A stretch of DNA of 64,000 bases from Pseudomonadota bacterium (GTDB taxonomy: Bacteria; Pseudomonadota; Alphaproteobacteria; Rhodobacterales; Rhodobacteraceae), in the NCBI GenBank assembly GCA_038526915.1, contig JBCBGF010000001.1:150881-214880 (forward strand). The letters are read 5' to 3'. The notes beneath the pieces were generated by a model, which was not told the origin of the DNA, made no database searches, and saw only the letters and a list, made by a program, of their open reading frames with translations. Numbering within the stretch: position 1 is the first letter of the stretch; each line of letters starts with the position of its first letter. Below, piece after piece: positions 36,709 to 47,000 of this stretch. Made by a program: the position numbers and the translations under genes.

Positions 36709-37946
36709 TGCGGGGCTGCGTCGCGCGTGTCGATCCGCGCAATCACCTCAAGGCCGGTATAGCGGCTGGCCAGTTCGGAGCTTTCTGGTGTGAGTGTCAC
36801 CAGCACCCGCACGATGCGGGCATCGGTGGCGGCGGCGGTATCGTCTGACACGATCTCTTGACGCTCCACCTCAAGCCCGATCTCCGACACCTCACCCTCC
36901 AGCGCGAGACCCACCGCGTCGGCAAGCACCTCCACGGGTTGGCCCAGCGCGATATCGGCGATCCGGTCCTGATAGACCTCGACCTCGGCCATCATCCGCG
37001 AGGTATCGCCGATGCGCATTAGCGTCTGCCCACCTACCGATTGACCGACCTGCGCATCAATGGCCAGCACCGTCCCGCTGATCGGCGCGGTCACCTGCGC
37101 GCGTGCCAGGTCAAGCCGGGCGCGGTCCGCTTCGATCCGCGCGGCCTCCAGCGTGCGTTCGGCGACGATGACGTCGTTCTGCGCGGAGAGATCTCCTGCC
37201 TCATAGCGGGCAAGCGTGGCTGCCGCGCGTTCGCGGCTTTGCTGCGATTGGCGCGCGGCGGCGGCGGCTTGGTCAAGCGCGGATTGGGTGGCGACGCCCC
37301 GATCAAAGAGCGCGCGCACACGAACCAGATCCTGCGCGGCGACATCGGCTGCCGCCGCCGCCTCATCCAGCGTTGCCTCCGCCTCTGCGATGCTGAGAGA
37401 GACGCTTTGCCGGGTGCGGGCGAGGTTGGCCTCTTGCAAAGCGACGTTCGCTTCGGCGGCCAGCACGGCGCTTTGCAGGGCGGCCTCGTTGTCAAGGAGG
37501 GCCAACAGGTCGCCCTGTGCCACGCGGGCGCCGGTGGACACCTTCAACTCGGCAAGCCGCGCGTCACCTGCCCCGAAAGGTGGTGCAACGGGCGAGACAT
37601 CGCCTCGGGGCAGGATACGGGCGAGGCCGACGACGTCCGTGGGCTGCAAGGTTGCAGCCACGTCTTCCGGCAGAACCACATCGGCAGGCAGCGCGATGGG
37701 GCTGGAGGAACCGCCGCCCGGGGCAAGCCCGAAGGTGCGGAAAAACGCCTGCAGCGACGGGGGCTGGAAGTAGAGGCCGATAATGCCGCCCGTGGCGAGC
37801 AGAAGCATCACGGTCGGCACAAGAAGAAGTCGGCGGCGTGGCGACCTATCGCGTCGCGCTTGCGCCGGTGGTGCTGTCCGATCCACGACCTCCAGCGGCA
37901 GATCGTCATCTCCTGAGGTATCGGGGCCGGGGTCTTTCTCGGTCAT
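36705..37946 (-). CDS. devB: DevB / HlyD-family membrane fusion protein
   Basis: Long coiled-coil (AVLAAEANVALQEANLARTRQS...) plus barrel-sandwich motifs. Start set at MTEKDPGPD (ATG 37946), 7 nt after the RND stop. Confidence 0.8.
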   Translation of the reverse strand: MTEKDPGPDTSGDDDLPLEVVDRTAPPAQARRDRSPRRRLLLVPTVMLLLATGGIIGLYFQPPSLQAFFRTFGLAPGGGSSSPIALPADVVLPEDVAATLQPTDVVGLARILPRGDVSPVAPPFGAGDARLAELKVSTGARVAQGDLLALLDNEAALQSAVLAAEANVALQEANLARTRQSVSLSIAEAEATLDEAAAAADVAAQDLVRVRALFDRGVATQSALDQAAAAARQSQQSRERAAATLARYEAGDLSAQNDVIVAERTLEAARIEADRARLDLARAQVTAPISGTVLAIDAQVGQSVGGQTLMRIGDTSRMMAEVEVYQDRIADIALGQPVEVLADAVGLALEGEVSEIGLEVERQEIVSDDTAAATDARIVRVLVTLTPESSELASRYTGLEVIARIDTRDAAPQ

Positions 37947-37953
37947 TGCTGCC

Positions 37954-40900
37954 TCACTCCGCCGCGACCTTGCGCTCCGCCACAGCCGGCTCGGCCATCG
38001 GCACGACACCTGTGCCTTGGGTCGGAGCCGTCCCGCTTGCATCGGGCGCCAAGGCACGGCCCAGGCGGCCAATGGCGTGCGTCACACGCGCCTGCAGGAC
38101 AAACACCGCAGGGACGCAGACGATCACGATCAGCGTGCCGAACAACACGCCATAGCCGATTGAGACCGCCAGCGGGATCAGGAACTGCGCCTGAAGCGAC
38201 GTCTCCATGATCAGCGGGAACACCCCAAGGAAGGTTGTCAGCGACGTCAACAGGATCGGGCGGAACCGCTCTTTGGTGCCGCGCACTACCGCCTCTTGCA
38301 GGTCGAGCCCTTCTGCAAGGTACTCGTTGTAGAGGTCGACCATCACCAGGGAGTTATTGATGACGACACCGGCCAAACCGATGATCCCGAAGATCGACAA
38401 CAGCGTCAGCGGCAGCCCCATAATGAGATGCCCCGCCACAGCCCCCACCAGCCCCAGCGGGATGGCCAGCATAACCACAACCGGCTGGATGTAGGATCGG
38501 AAGATCAACGCCAGAAGCGCAAAGATCACGAAAAGCGCGATGGCAACTGCCTGGCCAAGGGCGGCAGCGGCATCCCCCTGCGTGCGCTGTTCGCCGCCGA
38601 AATCGACGATCAGGCCGTCGTAGCGCTCGGTAAGGACAGGGATGATGTCGCCTTGGATAATTCCGTTGGCCTCTTGGCCCGTAATCACCGCAGGGTCCAC
38701 ATCCGCCGTGACGGTCGTGATCTGCCGCCCGTTTCGGCGCAGAATTTCGGAGGGGGCCAGCCCTTCCTCCACCCGTGCAACGGCGGAGAGGGGGATGACG
38801 TCGCCCGATGGCGTGGTCACCCAACTGTCGAGCAAATCGGCAAGGCTGTCGCGATCTTCTGCAGGATAGCGCACCATCACCGCGACGTTGTCGGCCCCGC
38901 GCTGCACGGTGGTTGCCTCCAGCCCAAAGAACCCGGCGCGGGTCTGGGTGGCGAGGTCTTCCAGCGTCACTCCCCAAATGCGTGCGTCTTCCCGCAGCGC
39001 GAGGCGGTATTCGGTGAGACCGGCAGAGTTGTCATCGCGGATCGAGAACACGCCCGGGATCGCCCGCAGGCTCTCGCGAAGGTCCGCCACCACGGGCGCG
39101 ATGTCCTGCCCATCGGGCAGCGACAGCTCAACCGCGATTGGATCGCCTGCACCGACAAGTTGCGCCGAGACGGTCAGGCTGTTGACCCCCGGCACATCCC
39201 CGATGGCCGCCAGCCAAGCCGTCTCAAAATCCGATGTCGGCCAGTCGCGCAGTTCGGGGTCGGTGATCTCGACGACGACATTGGCAACCGTCGCCCCGCT
39301 TGAGACCTGCCCGCCACCGGGCCCACCTTGCGCGGGGCCAAGGCCCACAACCACGTTCTGCCCCACCAAGACAGGTGGTGCACCTGCGCTCAGCCGCTCC
39401 TGAATGGTCGCTGCTGCGTCTTCGGCGGCCAGGCGCACGTCTTCGGCCACCCGCTCGGTCATCGCGAAGGTGGTCCCGTCGCTCATCTCGATGCTCGCGG
39501 TCACGAAGGTACCGTCGATGGACGGGAAGAAGTTGAACCGCACATAGCCATGGGCCAACAGGCCGAACGTGACGATCATCAACGCCGCGGCCCCAGCGAT
39601 GGGGATCAGAACCCGACGCGTGGTAAACCGCAGCACTGCGTCAAGCGGGCCATGGATAAACGCCTGAAGCACGCGGTCGACGCAAGCGCGCAGAAGGCGG
39701 AGCACCCGCAGTACAAGGTTCGGCTTGTAGTCCGGCGACACATCGAGCTTTGAAAGGTTGCGCGGCAGGATGAAGAGCGCCTGCAACAGCGACATCACCA
39801 GTACGATCATCACCACGAGCGGAATGTCGGAGAGGAACTTGCCCAGCGTGCCGGGCAATTCCAGGAGCGGCCAGAACGCCACAAGCGTTGTTACGGTGGA
39901 GAACACCACCGGCACCGCGATCCGTTGGGTGGCGCGCACTGCCGCCTCTTGCGGCGACATCCCCCGTTCGTTGTAGGTATAGACGTTCTCAGAGACGACG
40001 ATCGCGTTGTCGACGATGATCCCGATGGCGAGGATAAACCCGAAGAGCGAGATCATGTTGATCGACATGCCAAGTGCGGCCATCGCCGCAAGGGCCGCCG
40101 AGAACGAGACGGCAATGCCCACGGCAGACCATGCGGCAAGGCGAAAGTCCAGAAATAGAGCAAGGCAGGCCACAACCAGCGCGAGGCCAATCACCGCATT
40201 CGTCAAAAGCAGGTCCAGACGCGACTGCAATTCGCGCGCATCGTTCTGCCAGACCGTGGCTGAGACGCCTTCCTGCAAGGATGGCTGAAAGCTCTCGGTC
40301 AGATACGCCTGCGCCGCATCGACAATTTCCAGAACCTGCTCTTCCCCCACCCGAAAGACGTTGACCGAGACCGAGCGCTCGCCGTTAAAGGAGGCCGACA
40401 GATCAGTGTCTTCGAACCCGTCGGTGACTGTGGCAACGTCACGTAGAAACAGGCGCCCGCCGTTCTCGCCTGTGCGCAACACGATGTTCTCGAAATCGGT
40501 CTGCGTATAGTTCCGCCCCACTGTTCGGATGGGGAAACTCACCGTATCGGTATCAATCGCGCCGCCTGGTAGCTCGAGCGAGTTCTGGCGGATCGCGTTT
40601 GCCACTTCCGTCATGTTGAGCCCGTAGGCCCGCAAGGTGTCGCGATCGACCTCCACCGTCACCTCATAGTCGCGCCGATTGGCGACCTCGACATAAGAGA
40701 TCGCATCAAGCAGTAACAACTCGTCGCGCAGCCGTTCCGCCTCTTCGGTCAGAACACGCTCGCTCGCTGTGCCGTGGACGGCGATCTCAAGCACACGCGA
40801 GGAATTGGTGGATTGCGTGACTACAGGCTCTTCGGCGTCTTCGGGGAAGACATCAATGCTGTCGATCTCGGTTCGGATCTCATCCAGTTTTTCCTGCAGG

Positions 40901-41202
40901 TCTTCCCCAAGCAGGAACGTCACCGTTACACCACCGCGACCCTCCGAGATGCTGGCGGTGATCTCATCGATCCCGTCGACCGCCGTCAGCTCATCCTCGA
41001 TGGGCCGCACGACGCTTTCCTGGATCTCGGTCGGCGAGGCGCCGGGATAGCTGACCGAGATGTTCACACTGTCGAGCGTGATCTCGGGAAACGTTTTCTG
41101 CGCGATCGAAATGGCCGACAGCGCGCCCAGCGCGCCCACGAGGATGATCGTAAGCATTGCGGCAACGGGATGCTCCCCACACCAGCGGATCGCGGCGTTC
41201 AT
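37954..41202 (-). CDS. RND efflux transporter, AcrB/AcrD/AcrF family
   Basis: 1082 aa with 12-TM RND architecture (MNAAIRWCGEHPVAAMLTIILVGALG...). ATGA overlap with the upstream adaptor gene. Confidence 0.9.
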   Translation of the reverse strand: MNAAIRWCGEHPVAAMLTIILVGALGALSAISIAQKTFPEITLDSVNISVSYPGASPTEIQESVVRPIEDELTAVDGIDEITASISEGRGGVTVTFLLGEDLQEKLDEIRTEIDSIDVFPEDAEEPVVTQSTNSSRVLEIAVHGTASERVLTEEAERLRDELLLLDAISYVEVANRRDYEVTVEVDRDTLRAYGLNMTEVANAIRQNSLELPGGAIDTDTVSFPIRTVGRNYTQTDFENIVLRTGENGGRLFLRDVATVTDGFEDTDLSASFNGERSVSVNVFRVGEEQVLEIVDAAQAYLTESFQPSLQEGVSATVWQNDARELQSRLDLLLTNAVIGLALVVACLALFLDFRLAAWSAVGIAVSFSAALAAMAALGMSINMISLFGFILAIGIIVDNAIVVSENVYTYNERGMSPQEAAVRATQRIAVPVVFSTVTTLVAFWPLLELPGTLGKFLSDIPLVVMIVLVMSLLQALFILPRNLSKLDVSPDYKPNLVLRVLRLLRACVDRVLQAFIHGPLDAVLRFTTRRVLIPIAGAAALMIVTFGLLAHGYVRFNFFPSIDGTFVTASIEMSDGTTFAMTERVAEDVRLAAEDAAATIQERLSAGAPPVLVGQNVVVGLGPAQGGPGGGQVSSGATVANVVVEITDPELRDWPTSDFETAWLAAIGDVPGVNSLTVSAQLVGAGDPIAVELSLPDGQDIAPVVADLRESLRAIPGVFSIRDDNSAGLTEYRLALREDARIWGVTLEDLATQTRAGFFGLEATTVQRGADNVAVMVRYPAEDRDSLADLLDSWVTTPSGDVIPLSAVARVEEGLAPSEILRRNGRQITTVTADVDPAVITGQEANGIIQGDIIPVLTERYDGLIVDFGGEQRTQGDAAAALGQAVAIALFVIFALLALIFRSYIQPVVVMLAIPLGLVGAVAGHLIMGLPLTLLSIFGIIGLAGVVINNSLVMVDLYNEYLAEGLDLQEAVVRGTKERFRPILLTSLTTFLGVFPLIMETSLQAQFLIPLAVSIGYGVLFGTLIVIVCVPAVFVLQARVTHAIGRLGRALAPDASGTAPTQGTGVVPMAEPAVAERKVAAE

Positions 41203-42434
41203 TGCGACGCCTCCGTGGCCAGCGCCGCCTGGTCTGCACTATCACCCGCATCACGCAGGGCCATCCCCGGCACGGGCGCGGCCAGCGCGGTGAGAATGAC
41301 GGCCGCCTCCTGCGGTGGATCCTGCACTTCGACAAACGACCACTCGCCATCCACATGCACCCGGCGGGCCGGAATGATCCGCAGCGCATCCCCGTCGTTT
41401 AGCCACAGCGCATTGCCGCCGCGAACGGCTACAGAGGGCACGCGGTAGATGTTTTCGCGCGCGGCCCCGTCGATCAACACATTGGCGAACGCGTTGATCA
41501 GAGCCGGCGGCGCGCCCGAGGCAAGATCTGTCTCTTCGCCGTTGCCTTCGACACCGATCAGAGTGTCCAATCGCACCGCCGCCGTCAGCGTGCGGGTCGC
41601 GCGGTCGAGCTGGGGTTCGACCCGGGCGATATACCCGCTCCATTGAAACACATAGTCAGCAAAGGGGATATCGATCCGGGCGCGGGGCTGTGCGCCGGCA
41701 AACAGGCCGGGGATCAAAGCCGCATCCGCTTGGCGGATGGCGATGTCGACTTCCAGTTCATCCGGCGTGAAGGCTTCGGCCAGCACCTGGCCGGGGTTGA
41801 CCACATCGCCAACCTCCACCGCCTTTGTCAGGATCGACCCATCGAAGGGCGCACGAATGCGCCGGTCCTCTATCGCGATCTCTGCCGCTGCCCGGGCCGC
41901 CCGGAGCCCTTCCAAGTTGGCCTCAAGCTCGGTGATTTGTGATTGCAGCTGATCCACCTGCGTGCGCGACGCGACCTGCCGTTCAAAGAGCGACTGTGTG
42001 CGCTCCAAGTCATCCTGCAACTGGCGCAACCGCGCCTCAGACGCCGCGATATTCGCATCGGTCTGGGTCAGCGTCGTCTGCTGCGCGCGGTCATCGATCT
42101 GGACGAGAACATCGCCTTCCGCAAAGGCACCGCGATTGATGATTGCCGGGTGTACCTCTGTCACAAGACCCGAGGCCTGCGCCGCGACCGCCACCTGCCG
42201 AAACGGCAGCACAAACCCTTCGCCGCGGATCGGCAGCGGGCCCTCATGCCGTGTCAACGCACCGGTTTCCACCAGCGCCACTGGCCGCTCGATGGGCGTG
42301 GCTTCCACGACCTCGCGGTTCTCGCCGAGATAGCGGAAGCCGAAAACACCGCCCGCAACAATCGCTGCAGCCACGAGCAACCAGAACGCTTCCCGCGCGA
42401 TGGTCAGTGCAGTCCCAAGGGTTTTGCGAAACAT
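41199..42434 (-). CDS. RND efflux periplasmic adaptor (membrane fusion protein)
   Basis: Start at MFRKTLGTAL (ATG 42434), preceded by AAGGAGA. Has an HlyD_D23-like coiled-coil and beta-barrel region. Confidence 0.85.
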   Translation of the reverse strand: MFRKTLGTALTIAREAFWLLVAAAIVAGGVFGFRYLGENREVVEATPIERPVALVETGALTRHEGPLPIRGEGFVLPFRQVAVAAQASGLVTEVHPAIINRGAFAEGDVLVQIDDRAQQTTLTQTDANIAASEARLRQLQDDLERTQSLFERQVASRTQVDQLQSQITELEANLEGLRAARAAAEIAIEDRRIRAPFDGSILTKAVEVGDVVNPGQVLAEAFTPDELEVDIAIRQADAALIPGLFAGAQPRARIDIPFADYVFQWSGYIARVEPQLDRATRTLTAAVRLDTLIGVEGNGEETDLASGAPPALINAFANVLIDGAARENIYRVPSVAVRGGNALWLNDGDALRIIPARRVHVDGEWSFVEVQDPPQEAAVILTALAAPVPGMALRDAGDSADQAALATEASQ

Positions 42435-42446
42435 GGATGTCTCCTT

Positions 42447-42464
42447 GCTGACAATACTGTCAGC
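42447..42464. promoter_or_regulatory. Putative TetR operator
   Basis: gctgaca-atac-tgtcagc has 7-bp inverted arms and lies between the divergent adaptor and TetR genes. A half-site copy, atactgaca, is at 42572-42580. Confidence 0.5.
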
Positions 42465-42580
42465 AACTAGGAGGAATTGGCAATCTTCAACCCGCTCGAC
42501 TATGCTTTTTCCGAACGGGATGCGCGCGAAATCGCACAATGCCGGTTTTTGTAGCGCTTTGGGACCCTAAGATACTGACA

Positions 42581-43204
42581 ATGACCGCCCCAAGCGACAG
42601 CCCTGCCTATCGCCGCCGCAAAGCCGACCGCCCCGATGAAATCATCGCGGCCGCCCTACACGAATTTCACGACCGCGGCTTTGCTGGGGCCAGCATGGCG
42701 CGCATTGCCAAGGGCGCAGGCGTGTCCCGCGCGACGCTTTACCTTTACTTCGAGAACAAGGAGGCGTTGTTCCTCGCCGTGGCCGAGGAGGCCATGTCGG
42801 GGTTCACGCGCGCCGCCAGCGAAAAGATCGAGATCGGCGATCATACGACCGAAGACACGCTGCGCGCGCTCTTCAGCCAGTTCTACCGCACAATGATGAG
42901 CACCAAGAACGGCGCGCTTTTGCGCATTCTCATCTCGGAAGGCCCCGCGATGCCGCATCTGGTGGAAGCCTATCACTCTCAGATCCTCACCACGGGGCGC
43001 ACCCTCCTCGAGCGGATCATTGCCCGGGGGATCGCGCGTGGAGAGGTAAGGCCAGACTCAGCCGGCCGCATCCCGCAAATTCTAATCGCGCCCGCAATGT
43101 TCTACGCGATCCATTCTATGGTCTTCGGATCAGTTGAAACCCTGGACGAAGACAGTTTCGCAGAGGCGCATCTCGACCTCGTAATGCGCGGGATTGGAAC
43201 TTAA
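42581..43204 (+). CDS. TetR/AcrR-family transcriptional repressor
   Basis: N-terminal HTH (IIAAALHEFHDRGFAGASMARIAKGAGVSRATLYLYFENKEALF). Divergent from the efflux operon. Start set at MTAPSDS. Confidence 0.85.
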   Translation: MTAPSDSPAYRRRKADRPDEIIAAALHEFHDRGFAGASMARIAKGAGVSRATLYLYFENKEALFLAVAEEAMSGFTRAASEKIEIGDHTTEDTLRALFSQFYRTMMSTKNGALLRILISEGPAMPHLVEAYHSQILTTGRTLLERIIARGIARGEVRPDSAGRIPQILIAPAMFYAIHSMVFGSVETLDEDSFAEAHLDLVMRGIGT

Positions 43205-43524
43205 CAGAGGCTTAAACGTGCATGCCTGAACACAAATGACAGTCTTTGAGATCAGGGTCTGGTCAACTGGTTCCGGGCCACTGATTTGGGCTTTCGTCAG
43301 CGTGGTTGCTGGGACCGGTGGCCGCATGATGAGTGCCTGACGCGGTTGGGATGCGCGGGCCTGAAGCGGATGATCGAGGTGTCTTTGTGACAAAACTGTA
43401 TGCGTCTTGTCGCGCTGCGGAAGCTGTAACCCCCCCTCACGCCACGCAAGCATTATCCTGTGACCAAGGGCGGACAGTGCCAAGCGAAACTTAAAAAGCC
43501 AACACCGCCGACAGGCCAGCTAGC

Positions 43525-44403
43525 TCACTGCCGAACCAAGTCGTGTTTGGGAGAAGTTCCAAACTTGCGGGCGTACTCACGACTGAATTGCGCAGGGCTT
43601 TCGTATCCCACCTCAAAGCACACTTCAGATACAGAGCGGGCTTGGCTCGTGAGCCTGTTGCGCGCATCAACCAGCCGCAAATCCTTTTGAAACTGAAGCG
43701 GCGACGTTCCGGTGACCCGCTTGAAGTTCTTGTAGAAAGCCGAAGCGCTCATATTGACGCGGTCCGCAAGCTCCGGGATGGACAGTGATTCCGAATAGCT
43801 CTCGCGGATCAGGCCAATGGCCGTGTTGATCTGACTTGGGATGCTCGCAGGCGCAAGAAGCTGGCGTAGCATGCCGCCATTCGGTGCGAGCAACAGGTGA
43901 TAGTGGATCTCCTTCAGAAGCACCGGTGCGAGCACGCGGCCTTCGATCGTCGATTGCTCCAAGTGCAGATAACGTCCCACGGCGTCGACCAAGGCCGGGC
44001 TTGCGATGTGGCTATGCACAACGCTCGTTGAGGCGTCGTCATATCCTTCCGCCTGGATTTCCCCATCGATGCTTCGAAGAAGCTCAAGATCAATTGGAAT
44101 GATCGCCGCGAGATAAGGCATCTTCGCATCGGCGCCGGTAATGCGGGACACAATCGGGACATCGTGGCTGACGATGACGGCATCTCCTTGCGTCGCGATT
44201 ACGGTCTGCCCGCCGGCAATGATCTCTTTGCCGCCTTGGACGACGAGGCAGACCACCGGCTCGTATATCATCGCGTTGAATGCGGTCGTTGCCGTCTCGC
44301 GCAAGCAACGAACATAGGTGTTCTTGCGCGTGATGCCGGCGTGCGAACAGGTTTGATCGAGAGCGGCCCATTCAACGGGTTTGATCAAGTCGGCGATATC
44401 CAT
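43525..44403 (-). CDS. AraC-family transcriptional regulator (cupin-type sensor domain), copy 1
   Basis: C-terminal double HTH ...SASAFYKNFKRVTGTSPLQFQKDLRLVDAR...VGYESPAQFSREYARKFG. Confidence 0.85.
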   Translation of the reverse strand: MDIADLIKPVEWAALDQTCSHAGITRKNTYVRCLRETATTAFNAMIYEPVVCLVVQGGKEIIAGGQTVIATQGDAVIVSHDVPIVSRITGADAKMPYLAAIIPIDLELLRSIDGEIQAEGYDDASTSVVHSHIASPALVDAVGRYLHLEQSTIEGRVLAPVLLKEIHYHLLLAPNGGMLRQLLAPASIPSQINTAIGLIRESYSESLSIPELADRVNMSASAFYKNFKRVTGTSPLQFQKDLRLVDARNRLTSQARSVSEVCFEVGYESPAQFSREYARKFGTSPKHDLVRQ

Positions 44404-44626
44404 TTTGTCCGGTCCTTTGTAGCGGTGTCATCTGAGGGTGTTCGCGCGTTGGAAAGCTGGCGCTGATCGGCGCGAGGCCCGATCAGTTGGTTGAATTCGG
44501 GAAGAGCCAGCCGATGGCACGACTGGTTCCCCCGGGCTTTGGACGACCGGTTCGGCAAGGCAGCATGTGGTTCGGCGGGGTGTCAGCCGCACTTGCTGGT
44601 TCAGCGTCCATCGTTTCGGCTGAAGA

Positions 44627-45631
44627 TCAGCCGATGTGACGGGCGGCGTCCCCGTAGCTGACGTCCATGACCTCTCCGGTCATGCGACTAGAGGCGTCGC
44701 CCGCGAAGAACATGACGGCCTTCGCAATATCCTCGACTTCGTGATGGCCGATCCCCAGCGTGCTGCCGGATGCGATCGCCGCTGACACATCGTCGAAAGT
44801 CGGGTTGGCCGCATCTGGTAAGATCGCACTCAACACCGCCTCATTGTCAGCAAACGGTGTCCGCACAAGACCCGGTGCCACGACGTTGCACAGGATGTTT
44901 TCGCGCCCATACGCCATCGCAGCACTCTTTGCGATGCCGTTTACGGCCCACTTGGTCGCCCCGTAGACACCGAAGATACCATTGCCGGTCCGCGAAAGAC
45001 CCGAGGAGATGTAGATGATGCGTCCACCACCGGCAGCCCGCAGATGCGGCACGGCGGCCTGCGTTGTCTTGATATAGCCACCGACGTTGACTTCGTAGAG
45101 CGTTGAGATTTCGCCGGCGGTCACGCTGTCGAATGCGCCGGCATGGCCGACGCCCGCGTTGGCCAGAACGATGTCCAGGCTGCCAAAGCGGTCAACGGAC
45201 TGTTGCATTGCGGCCTGCTGCTCTTCGAGATTCCGGACGTCACCCTGGTAGGTGAGGCACTGAACGCCGAGCGCTTCAATCCGTGCCTGTGCTTCGGCAA
45301 GATCAGACGCGCTGGGCAAAGCATAGCTCACATGCGGCATGCTCGACGAGGCAATATCAAACAGCACAATGTTGGCACCGGCTTTTGCAAATTCCTCTGC
45401 CGAAGCAAGTCCGATACCGCGCGCGCCGCCGGTCACGAAAGCCGTCTTGCCGGAGAGTTCGCCTTGCGGGGCGTCCTGCGCCATCGCCGCACGAGTAGTC
45501 ACCATGCCGGTGGCGGCCGCGGCCGCCGCGCCGAACACTCCACTCGTCAGGGCCGCGCGTCGGCTCATCAGTGGGGAGCGTTCGACAGTTTCAACTTGGG
45601 AGGCGGGGTTTTGGGGGTGTTCATTCTTCAT
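44627..45631 (-). CDS. Tat-exported short-chain dehydrogenase/reductase
   Basis: Twin-arginine signal MSRRAALTSGVFGAAAAAATGMVTTRAAMA|QD, followed by TGGARGIG, a catalytic Ser and YGATK. Start at MKNEHP (ATG 45631), with AGGAGA 7 nt upstream. Confidence 0.8.
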   Translation of the reverse strand: MKNEHPQNPASQVETVERSPLMSRRAALTSGVFGAAAAAATGMVTTRAAMAQDAPQGELSGKTAFVTGGARGIGLASAEEFAKAGANIVLFDIASSSMPHVSYALPSASDLAEAQARIEALGVQCLTYQGDVRNLEEQQAAMQQSVDRFGSLDIVLANAGVGHAGAFDSVTAGEISTLYEVNVGGYIKTTQAAVPHLRAAGGGRIIYISSGLSRTGNGIFGVYGATKWAVNGIAKSAAMAYGRENILCNVVAPGLVRTPFADNEAVLSAILPDAANPTFDDVSAAIASGSTLGIGHHEVEDIAKAVMFFAGDASSRMTGEVMDVSYGDAARHIG

Positions 45632-45852
45632 GGTCAGGTCTCCTGTGTTGGTGATGACCATGAAGTGGCGCGAAGGCAGGTATTTCGCTTTCCCGATCCT
45701 CTATACGTTTTGCACAATTCTCCAAAACGCAGGTGCGTCGGGGAGAAGCGGCGCGTTCCTGTACTGTGGGTTCTTCGAAGCGTGCCTGCGAACCAGATGC
45801 CGATCCCGTTTTCGGGAGCAAAGCACCTAGCGGATCACGCTGCTTCTACAAG

Positions 45853-46728
45853 TCACACGGCAACCTGTTTCATGGCCTTTGGCGGAACGCCAAATTTTCG
45901 GGAGTATTCGCGGCTGAATTGCGAGAGGCTTTCATAGCCAACCTGAAACGCAACTTCCGTCACGGTTGCGACGCCCGACGTCAGAATGCGCTCTGCCTCG
46001 TGCATCCGCATCTGCTTTTGATACTGCAGCGGCGTCATCCGCGTCACCGACTTGAAGTGCTGATAGAACGCGGACTCGCTCATCCCCGTCTGTGCCGCAA
46101 GGACGCCCATCGACAATGGCTTTGCGTAGTTCGAGTTGATGATGTCGATTGCACGGGCGATCTTGCTGGCATGGCTCGTCTTGGCGATGAGCTCGCGCAG
46201 CATCCCGCCCTGGGACGACTTGAGAAGTCGAAAGTGAAGCTCCTGAAACTGCGCCGGCCCGATGATCTCAGCAGCCGCGGCATCATCGGCGGTTTCAAGA
46301 TACCGGTGAATCGACTCGACAAGATCCTCTGTCACGCGATCGACAGCAAAGGATGCCGCACCGTCAGTCTGGAAACCAGCCTTGTCGATCCGCTTGGCGA
46401 AGTTGTGCAGCGTAGGCACATCCAACTTCAGCACAATGGCGAGGTAGGGTTCATCGGATGACGCTTTGACGACTTGCGATGCGACCGGAAGGTGGTGACT
46501 TACGATCAGCGCCTGACCAGCAACAATCTTGTACACATCATCGCGGACGCGCGTGTCCTTTGCGCCGCTCAGGACGATGCACAAATTGGGCTCATAAACC
46601 GTATCCATCCAATCCGTGGTGCAAGAGTGCCTGACGAGGATCAGGCCATCTGCGGGAAACAGAAGACCATCATCCATCCGCTCGCTACGGAAAGCGTTGG
46701 AGACGGCAGACTTAAGTTGTTCAAGCAT
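45853..46728 (-). CDS. AraC-family transcriptional regulator, copy 2 (paralogue of 43525-44403)
   Basis: The HTH region SESAFYQHFKSVTRMTPLQYQKQMRMHEAE...VGYESLSQFSREYSRKFG aligns with copy 1. Start at MLEQLKS (ATG 46728), with GGGAGG upstream. Confidence 0.85.
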   Translation of the reverse strand: MLEQLKSAVSNAFRSERMDDGLLFPADGLILVRHSCTTDWMDTVYEPNLCIVLSGAKDTRVRDDVYKIVAGQALIVSHHLPVASQVVKASSDEPYLAIVLKLDVPTLHNFAKRIDKAGFQTDGAASFAVDRVTEDLVESIHRYLETADDAAAAEIIGPAQFQELHFRLLKSSQGGMLRELIAKTSHASKIARAIDIINSNYAKPLSMGVLAAQTGMSESAFYQHFKSVTRMTPLQYQKQMRMHEAERILTSGVATVTEVAFQVGYESLSQFSREYSRKFGVPPKAMKQVAV

Positions 46729-47000
46729 ACGACCTCCCGGTTGCACACTCCCTGCGCAGGTGCGGATTGGTACTGCCGAAGAGATAGGGTGAAGCCTCAC
46801 CTCAGCAAACTGCCCGGTGCGCGCAGTACGAGCGCTGGGATGTCAGATCCTGCCCGAGCCGTGTCAAAAAGTAGAAATAGGCAAAACCTGCCGAGGATCA
46901 GTCAAGCTTCTCCCCACCTGATGTCTTACGTCTTTTGCCAGACAGCGGTGGAAGATCCGCTAGCAGAAATCGCAAGAGATCAGACTGAAGGGAGACTGAA

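Noticed and set aside
43205-43524. 320-nt gap between the TetR and AraC genes, including the 117-aa ORF 43130-43483. It was examined as a possible transposase or integrase remnant marking the compositional boundary
   Set aside because: No recognisable transposase or integrase motifs in any frame that I could read. The ORF overlaps the end of TetR and has no RBS. The region is left unannotated.
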